Positions 55,206 to 64,000 of a DNA stretch of 64,000 bases are shown here, piece by piece. The DNA comes from Eledone cirrhosa (Eukaryota). Numbering within the stretch: the first letter of the stretch is position 1; each line of letters opens with the position of its first letter. The stretch spans positions 29,450,001 through 29,514,000 of the forward strand of contig OZ024752.1 of NCBI GenBank assembly GCA_964016885.1, in the 5' to 3' direction. The position numbers were made by a program, and so were the translations under genes. The notes under the pieces are model-generated. The model saw nothing but the letters and a program-made list of their open reading frames with translations, had not been told where the DNA came from and did not search any database.

Positions 55206-55955
55206 TTATCATCATCATCATCATCATCATCGTTTAATGTCCGTGTTCCATGCTTGCATGGGTTTGGACGGGAGTTTTCCCACTTGAGGCAAGAGTGGTT
55301 GTCTTGCTCGCATAGGACTGTCTGGCGGGTTTTCTACAGTTGGATGCCCTTCCTAACACCAACCACATTTACAGTGTGGGGCTGGGAGGTTTTTACCGTG
55401 TTGCCTACACGGCCACATTACAGCATGGACTGTCTGGCAGGTTTTCTACAGTTGGATGCCCTTCCTAACACCAACCACATTTACAGTGTGGGGCTGGGAG
55501 GTTTTTACCGTGTTGCCTACACGGTCACATTTCAGCGTGGACTGAGTGTTTTTTTTTTCGTGACACCTACACGATCTCATTTGTTTTGGCCTGGATTTTG
55601 TGGCACCAACATAACTTTACATTGAAAGGGGCGGTGTGGATGGGGTGGGGGTGGTGTATTTTGTTAGAGATGCCTACTGACTGTAGTAGGTTTTACTTTG
55701 TATTTAGGTAACGCGGGTCTTCTCTGTTACTGAGTACCGCCAAAGGTCTCGGTCCAGTGACATTGTCTTGGAGAGGTGTAAGTGTGTGAGGTCGGAATTT
55801 ATCAGCTCGTCCCAGGTTTTTCTGGGTCTGCCTACTCCGTGGCTACCATCTATCTTTATTGCCCTGCACTTTGTTATACAGCTGTCGTCTTTCATGCGCA
55901 TCACGTGACCATACCAACGTAGCCTTCTCTCGAGTAAACAACAACATCTGATCCC
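55206..55955 (-). mobile_element. RTE LINE 3' fragment
   Basis: Near-identical to 23323-24080. Confidence 0.92.
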
Positions 55956-56200
55956 ATATATATATATATGAAGTATTTCTGTAGGAAAGGTAAAGAAAAA
56001 GAGAGTGCTCTATGTAGGCTACAGAGCTTTTTTTAGATATGTAATAAACAACGTGTTTGTGTGTGTGTATGTTTATGTTCTGGATATTTATTTATAGATT
56101 TTTTTCCCCTCAATTTTTTGCCCATTATTTGTTTTCAGCTTCACTTTCATATTTCCTAAATTTTTGTTTTCAAATCCATATTTAATAAACATTCCATTTT

Positions 56201-56264
56201 ATTCGTTCTGACGACTGAAGACAGATATAAATATCTATCTTCAAGAAACCACTGGTAAATGAAT
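56201..56264 (+). ncRNA. Hammerhead ribozyme, family C, intact core, within a ~330-bp element (55969-56298)
   Basis: ATTCGTT-CTGACGA-CTGAAGACAGATAT AA ATATCTATCTTCAA-GAAAC-CACTG-GTA|AATGAAT. Confidence 0.85.
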
Positions 56265-56289
56265 TAATTATCTTATGTTGTTTATTACA

Positions 56290-56331
<42 letters not shown>

Positions 56332-56397
56332 GGAGAGAGAAGAAACATTTAGATATAATTAGTAATAAGATGTATCATACCTAAACTGCTTCTAGAT

Positions 56398-56487
56398 TCC
56401 TCGACTACGTAGTTTCGTGGCATAATCAAAAACAATACATCATAGAGATATAGAGCTTTTGTGAGGTCTGCCGACTTATCAAGAGGA
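56398..56487 (-). ncRNA. U3-A8 variant hammerhead, family E (left arm of palindrome)
   Basis: Reverse complement of 56690-56779. Confidence 0.65.
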
Positions 56488-56689
56488 TACCTCATTTTAC
56501 TAGCTTCAAAGAGCACGTCTATAAGATGTGAGATAGAGTCCCAAAAGGCGGAGGGGGAGTCAATCACGTGATACGACGGTCAAGAAACAGAGCTAAGCCC
56601 CCGTATCACGTGATTGACTCTCCCTCCGCCTTTTGGGACTCTATCTCACATCTTATAGACGTGTTCTTTGAAGCTAGTAAAATGAGGTA

Positions 56690-56779
56690 TCCTCTTGATA
56701 AGTCGGCAGACCTCACAAAAGCTCTATATCTCTATGATGTATTGTTTTTGATTATGCCACGAAACTACGTAGTCGAGGA
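56690..56779 (+). ncRNA. U3-A8 variant hammerhead, family E (right arm of palindrome)
   Basis: TCCTC-TTGATAA-GTCGGCA..long loop..TGCCAC-GAAAC-TACGTA-GTC|GAGGA. Confidence 0.65.
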
Positions 56780-57017
56780 ATCTAGAAGCAGTTTAGGTAT
56801 GATACATCTTATTACTAATTATATCTAAATGTTTCTTCTCTCTTCATAATGTACTTGTAGCTCTGATACTGGTTCAGTCTAATCCATTCGGATTGGTTTG
56901 TCCCAGTTATTCATAGAGCAACATCGGTTAAGGTTGGCACCATTAACTCAAGGATGGATGTGGGTATTTTCATGTATATGTATGTGTTCACATGTATCTG
57001 TGTGTTTCTCAATATAT

Positions 57018-57049
<32 letters not shown>

Positions 57050-57050
<1 letters not shown>

Positions 57051-57801
57051 CATGCATGCTCCGGTGGATGTGTAATAGTAATATACGTGAATGGCAAAGC
57101 ATAAATGAACTAAGTGAGAAATTAGGAATAAGAGGGATAAGATGCTGTTTACTTGAGAGAAGGCTACGTTGGTATGGTCATGTAATGCGCATGAAAAACG
57201 ACAGCTGCATAAAAAAGTGCAGGGCGATCAAAATTGATGGTAGTTACGGAGTAGGCAGACCCAGAAAAACCTGGGACGATCTGATAAATTCCGACCTTAC
57301 ACACTTGCACCTCTCTAAGACAATGTCACTGGACCGAGATCTTTGGTGCTATGCAGTAATGCAGAAGACCCGCTTTGCCTATGTACAAAGTGAAACCTAC
57401 AGTCAGTAGGCACCTCTTAACCAAATATACACCCCAATCCACTACTACCCCTACCCTATCTTCCCACTCCCACCAACACCACCCTCTCTCTGTAAAGTTG
57501 GTACCACAACATCCAGTCTAAATGAATGAGATAATGAGATCGAGATTGTGTAGGTGTCACAATAAAAAAACATACAGTCCACGCTGTAATGTGGCCGTGT
57601 AGGTAACATGGTAAAAAGTTCCCAGTTCCACACTGTAAATGTGGTTGGTGTTAGGAAGGGCATCCAGCCGTAGAAAACCTGCCAGATAGTCCTATATGAG
57701 AGAGACATGGTCACCCGACCAACCTTGCCTCAAGTGGGACAACTCCCGTCTAACCCAGGCTAGCGTGGAAGATGGACGTTAAACGATGATGATGATGATG
57801 A
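57050..57801 (+). mobile_element. RTE LINE 3' fragment
   Basis: ACMLRWMCNSNI...GRPRKTWDDLI; 3' UTR and (GAT)n tail. Confidence 0.92.
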
Positions 57802-58019
57802 TATATATATATAATCATCATCATCATTTTATCTCCACTTTTCTCTGCTTGCAAGAGAATCATCATCATGATCATCATCATCATTTAATGTCCATTTTCC
57901 ACGCTAGCATGGGTTAAATGGGTTGCCCCATTGTAAGGTGAGCCAGGTCTGATGACTACAACTTGCTCATACAGCACTGGTTTGGCTTGATTTCTATGGC
58001 TGGATGCCCTTCCTAGCAC

Positions 58020-58320
58020 CAACCACTTCACAGTGTGGACTGAGTGCTTTTTGTCGTGACTCCTACATGACCACTTTACAGTGTGTGCTGGGTGCTTTTT
58101 GTTGTGGTTCCTACATGACCACTTTACAGTGTGGACTGGGTGCTTTTTGTTGTGGTTCCTACATGACCACTTTACAGTGTGGACTGGGTGCTTTTTGTTG
58201 TGGTTCCTACATGACCACTTTACAGTGTGGACTGGGTGCTTTTTGTTGTGGTTCCTACATGACCACTTTACAGTGAGTACTGGGTGCTTTTTGTTGTGAC
58301 TCCTACATGACCACTTTACG
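58020..58320. repeat. 48-bp minisatellite in an RTE-tail fragment (same family as 1-605)
   Basis: CCTACATGACCACTTTACAGTGTGGACTGGGTGCTTTTTGTTGTGGTT, ~6 units. Confidence 0.92.
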
Positions 58321-61300
58321 CAAATATATACGCCTTAGTTTCATGGTATGAAGTGGATAAAAAAATGAAATATCTTTTAGATAAGATGCAGTCTATCATA
58401 ATATTTCCAGCTGTCTGGTATCAGCTCCTCAACAGAAGCAGTATAAAATATAGTGTTGTGCCTAGAAACAAAAAAATTATTAAAGGAAACTTCAGTATTT
58501 CTAGTAGTTTGTGATTGAGTGATGGAGGGGGGGGGGGAATCTTCTCCTTCTCCTGTCGTCCCTTTTTTTCTGTATATACATTGACTGAATTGTTTGTTGT
58601 GTAATCTTGACTTTTTTTTCCTTTCTTATCATCTGCTCATATATTTAAGAGTGGTGGATTGACAGTAATTGGTGGAACATCGGACAGCATACTTAATTGC
58701 ATATAATAACGTTTTCCTTTACGTTTCATGTTTAAATCTCACTGAGGTAAACTTTGCCTTTCATCCTTAAGCGGTCAATAAAATAAAGTACCAGTAATGT
58801 ACTGGGGTCAATTTAACCAATTTTCTCCTGCCAAAATGTTTGGTCTTATGCCTAAATCAGAAACCATTATTTCCCCCCCTTTTTTCTTTTATTTTGTTTT
58901 ATTAATGTATATATCTGCATCATCTTATTCATTATATAAATTGTATTGACAATGTGATATTGATAAAACAAAATGACAACAACAGCAGTACATATTAACT
59001 CAAGAACCATGAAGAAGTTGTTTAATATCTTCTTTACTTTGTATGTTTGCTTTTGTATTAAGTACAGATTTAGAAAACAATTATACAAGCTTGCTAGCAG
59101 GGAAAGTGGATGTTAAAACGATGATGATGATAACATTTTAGAAGTAATTATTGTAGGATGTATAATAATTGAAAGAAAATGTTAAAATTTGATACCAATT
59201 TAATTCTGTTTCCCATGTTGATATGGGTTGGAAACATGTCACTGTCTGAATCAGTTATTATTCAAAGTTACTGCCTTTATATATCTGGATGTCCTTCTTA
59301 ACACCAGTCACTTTACAAAGTGTACTGGGTGAATTTTATCATGGCATCAGTATGATAGGGGTTGTCATTACCACAATACAATACAACAAAACAATCCTCT
59401 CTGCCCTACATTGACTCTGTTTGTTAATAAACGAATTTGAAGAAAGTTTTGAGTGCAATTTATCATGGCACCAGCACTACAGAGGTTACTTTTTACCTTA
59501 CAAGACAAAAGAGCTCTCTCAACTCTACGTTGATGAAATAAAGTAAAAGGTGGTGATATGACTTTTGATAAACAAAAGGAAATATTTGGGGATTAAAGCC
59601 ATTACAAGTTTATTTATAAGAGAGAAGACTTATAGGGAATGGACTTATGATGAAAATCTAAAATAAAGATTGACTGACTAACACTGAGTCAATAAGGGAA
59701 GCCTCTGTGTTGGTTTGACCTGCAAGAAATAGTAGTCAAACATTCCTTAAATCTCCTTAAAAAAGATGATATCTAACACTATCATTATAACAATTATTAT
59801 AACAATGTATTATTAGGTATATGATATATATGATAAGGCAGTTAATTGGCAGTATTGGTGGAGCGTCAGACACCATGCTTCGCAGCATAGAGTTACTGCC
59901 CTTTACGTTCTGAGTTCAAATCCCGCTGAGGCTAACTTTGCCTTTCATCCTTATGGGGCTGATAAAATAAAGTACCAGTAATACACTGGGGAAATTGCTG
60001 GCCTTGTGCCAAAAGTAGAAACAATTATTAGATATATGATGCCTGAAGTGAAAAAAAAGACAGGATGGTCATGGCTGGAACAGTTTTGATTGGAGGTATC
60101 TTGCACAATCAGTTGCTAGTGGAAGGTTGTAAAAGTAAACTAACAACAGGAAAGAATGAAATAAAACTTATATTACAGATTGAGTGATAACAAAGGATGG
60201 GATCAGATTTGATGAGGTAATAAGATGGGAGAAACTTAAAATTGAAAACATGCCATGGCTTCTAATCAATTTGAGGCCTCATGAATTGTAAGGTTTTAAG
60301 TTATAATTTATTTAGTTTATGCCTGAATCTGGTAATGGACATGGTAGGGATAGAATAAAAGGGATCTATCTATTTTTTTTATTTTACCAAATTAAATGAC
60401 ATCAGCATGGAAAAATGGTGATTAACTGAAGGATTGTAGCTATCAATTTTGGTAGTTAAACACAAAAGCAAGGTATACACGTCAAACAAAGTAATATATT
60501 TTTTTTAATGTCTTGTTTTATATACAATTATCTGCATGCTACAGCATAGTGGATATAGATTTTGTTGGAACAATTGTTTTTTACGACCACATGTATTTTC
60601 TACTACTAACCACAAGAAAAATATTAGATAGTTTAATATTTTTTTGAAAATTATAAATTTCTAGAAAATTCTAACATTTTCATTTTACAAAGAAAACAGA
60701 TCAAATGATAACTTTGAAGTACTGTTTTATAATCCAATTAATTTTATGGTAATTTCATAGCTGCTGCTGATCAGTTGAGTATATATGGGAAATAAAATGT
60801 GTGTGTGTGTATGTGTGTGTTTGTGAATGCATGTGTATGTGTGTGTTTGAGAATGTGTGTGTTTGTGAATGCATGTGTATGTGTGTGTATGCATGTGTAT
60901 GTATGTGTATGTTTGTGTTTGTCTGTGTGTTTGTGTGTATGTGTGTTTGTGCATGTGTGTTTGAGAGAGAGAGAGCGAGCGAGAGAGAGAAAGGTAGATT
61001 AATAGGTTGAAATAAAAAGAGGGAGAGAGTGAAAGAGAGAGTTTATAAATTGGTCTTTCTTTTTCTCTCACAATTTAATACATTTGCCATTTTTTAAGAG
61101 CCATTTGTGTGGAAGTTTAACAGTTTACCACTTGAGTTTCAAAGTGTAACCTTGTTGCCATCTTCTGATTATATACAGAAGTGTATGGTTTTCCTTTTAC
61201 CACTTAGTGAGGAGGAAGGCTAGTATCCACATCCATTTTCAGGGCCTCATATTAGTCAAATCCATATCCATTTTCAGGGCCTCTTATTAACCAAATCCAC

Positions 61301-64000
61301 AACCATTTTCAGGGTCTCCTATTAGCTAAATCCATATCCATTTTCTAATCCATATCCATTTTCTAATCCATATCCAAATTTACAAACAGTTTCAGGGTTT
61401 TCTATTAGAAAACTTTGCTGAATGCTTGCAATAGAATAGACTCTGGCTAAAGGCATTCATATAGTCAGGTGGTAGTGTTAAACTGGGCAATACATTTAGT
61501 GTATCAAGCAGGTGAGCCACAGGTGGTCTTTGAAATCTGAATGTGAAGTGCCAGAATAAATGCCATTAAGCTTCTGCCTGAGCCTTAACAATTTTTCCAG
61601 TCCTCTATCATAGACCAGTATTTGATTTATTGCCCCTTGAAAGATGAAAGTTGACCTCGATCGGATTGAATCTCAAATGCCAGGCATATTGTCCAACACT
61701 TTAATGATTCTAGCAAATTACCACCTATGTAGCATTCTGTGAGTTTGTATATATAGCTTTCCAGCCTCATTTGTTTGAATATCTTTAAATACTTGTAGCT
61801 TGAAACTTGGAAATTATAAAAAATATGACATATAATCATAATGATTAAATATTTAGATTTAAAAGACTAATTTTCATTTGTTTGTAATGAAGAATGATGT
61901 AATTACTGAAGAAGAAAAAAAACATAATGAAGTCATTCATAAAAGGATCTGTTGCATTGTATCATAAATAAAGAATGAAGAGGAAAAAAAGGAAGCTTAA
62001 CTTCTTTGTTTCAAGATTAGAATAATAAAATATGTTTAATTATTGTCACATGACACTTTAACATAACTCAAATGAGAAAAAAAAAATCATTTGATGAAAA
62101 ATATTCCTAATTGGTTAGATTAATTAAAGACATAAATATGTCCATGAAATTATCTTAGAGCAAACACGAGTTTATAGAGAAATAAGAAATTATGTTACAG
62201 TTTTCTACAGCACATTATAAGCAAAGATAAATGTAAAATTTCATTCTGATGACTAAACTATAATTATGGTTTCTGATTTAGGCACAAGGCCAGCAATTTT
62301 GGGGGAGGGGGAAAAGTTGATTAAATTGACTCCAGTGCCTTACTGGTGCCTTATTTTATCAATTCCATAAGAATGAAAGGCAAAGCTAATGTTAGCAGGA
62401 TTTGAACTCAGAATATAAAGGGCCATAACTCTCTGCCACAAAGCATGTTGTTTGACGCTCAACCGATTGCTGCCAATCACTGCCCTAATACTAACAATGG
62501 TTTCTAATCTAGGCAAAAGGCCAACAATTTTTGGGAAGTGGAAAGTTGATTAAATCGACACCAGTATGTTACTGGTGCTTTATTTTATCAGTTCCGTAAG
62601 GATGAAAAGCAAAGCTAATCTCGATGAGATTTGAACTCAGAATGTAAAGTGCTGTTGTAAGTCTATGCCACAAAGTATGTTGTCCGAAGCTCTATAGATT
62701 ACTGCCATTCCACTGCTCTACTAATACTATAAAATTAAAAAAGGAACAATACCATCAAATATTTATACATCTAGTCAGTCTTATAACACAAGCTAAGGGA
62801 AATAACAAAAATAGACCAATGGCCTATTATCGATAATTAAGTTAAGAGGTGATGTAGAAAATAGTTCACGTAAAAAAATCTTGTTTATTAAATATCTGTT
62901 TTAGTTGAAGAAAGAAACTAAAAACTGAGTCTTAATTGTTAATGACTCTCTTTGAAAAGGGAGATAATTTAAAGTAATTAAGAATTAATTTCTCAAAGTG
63001 AATTTACATGTTTTAGGGGAATGTTTGATTTATATTGACAGGTAAGAGAAAACTGAAGATATATTTTAGTTTAATTATATTCACAAGCATAGCCTTCTAA
63101 AGATTGATTGATCAGGTAAAGATCTTTATATATAGAAAAAAGAATTATGAATAAATTTTGGTGAGTATAATTTGCTTAATTAGAATAAAAAAAAAAAAAA
63201 TTAGCTAAAGGAAATAACTGAAACGAACAAATTGCATGAATTTAGATAAATTTATCAAAAGTGATGGACTGAATGTTGTACATAACCTCCTCACTCCACC
63301 CCCAATTAATTGAAATTTCCCTTTTAATTAGAGAAAGAAAACTAGAATATAGTGGCAACTATTAGTTACTTGAATAATAACCAAAGAATCTGAAGACTTA
63401 CTGATTGATCATGAGGTAATGCTAATATGTTAGTATTGGTGATATTATTAATATATTAGTAAGTACTGGTGGTAATAATACTATGTTAGTATTGGTTATA
63501 ATACTAATATGTTAGTATTGGTGATAACTGTTTCTACTTTTTGGTACAAGGCCAGCAATTACCTCAGTGCATTACTGGTGCTTTATTTTATCGACCCTAG
63601 TGCATTACTGGTACTTTATTTTATCGACTCTGTAAGGATGAAAGGAAAGCTAACCTCGTCAGGATTTGAACTCCAAACGTAAAGGGCCATAACTCTATTC
63701 TGCAAAGCATGGTGTCTGATGCTCTACCGGTACTGCCAATCCACCACCCTTAGTATTGGTGGTAATACTATGTTCGTATTGGTGATGATACTATGTTAGT
63801 ATTGCCGTAAAACTAAACCGTAAACTGAAGATGTGGTCATAATAACTAACATCAGTATTATTATGTTTAGCTTCAGGTTAGACTTCATCAAATAAAACCT
63901 ATAATCAAAAGTCTTCCTCATATCAATATCCTGTCTTTTTTCTTTCAGACATAGTGGTCAAGGGTTGGTTGAAAAGTTCATAGGCTGACCAAGATACTCT

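Noticed and set aside
56349-56828. Two near-identical 72- and 86-aa ORFs on opposite strands
   Set aside because: By-product of the DNA palindrome; no recognisable protein features

Overview
Eukaryotic, very AT- and microsatellite-rich DNA; the repeat families and gene structure suggest an octopus or other cephalopod (inference). Two host genes are visible, both on the minus strand. One is the first coding exon of CIAO1 (3469-3865). The other is the last three coding exons of a UACA/RAI14/ANKRD24-family coiled-coil gene (52461-51415, 41917-41852, 41206-41132); the two small exons are not in the ORF track. The rest is RTE and CR1 LINE remnants, two tRNA-derived SINE families, MITEs, a Helentron-like element and several minisatellites. 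The main unannotated signal is a set of short non-coding elements inserted in (TA)n tracts that carry minimal type I hammerhead ribozyme (HHR) folds. I count nine with complete cores (seven canonical, two U3-A8 variants) and several degenerate or half copies, in at least five sequence families. They show stem covariation and palindromic stem III, and are often arranged as long inverted repeats. This resembles Penelope-like pLTR or retrozyme architecture. All folds and coordinates were read by eye.
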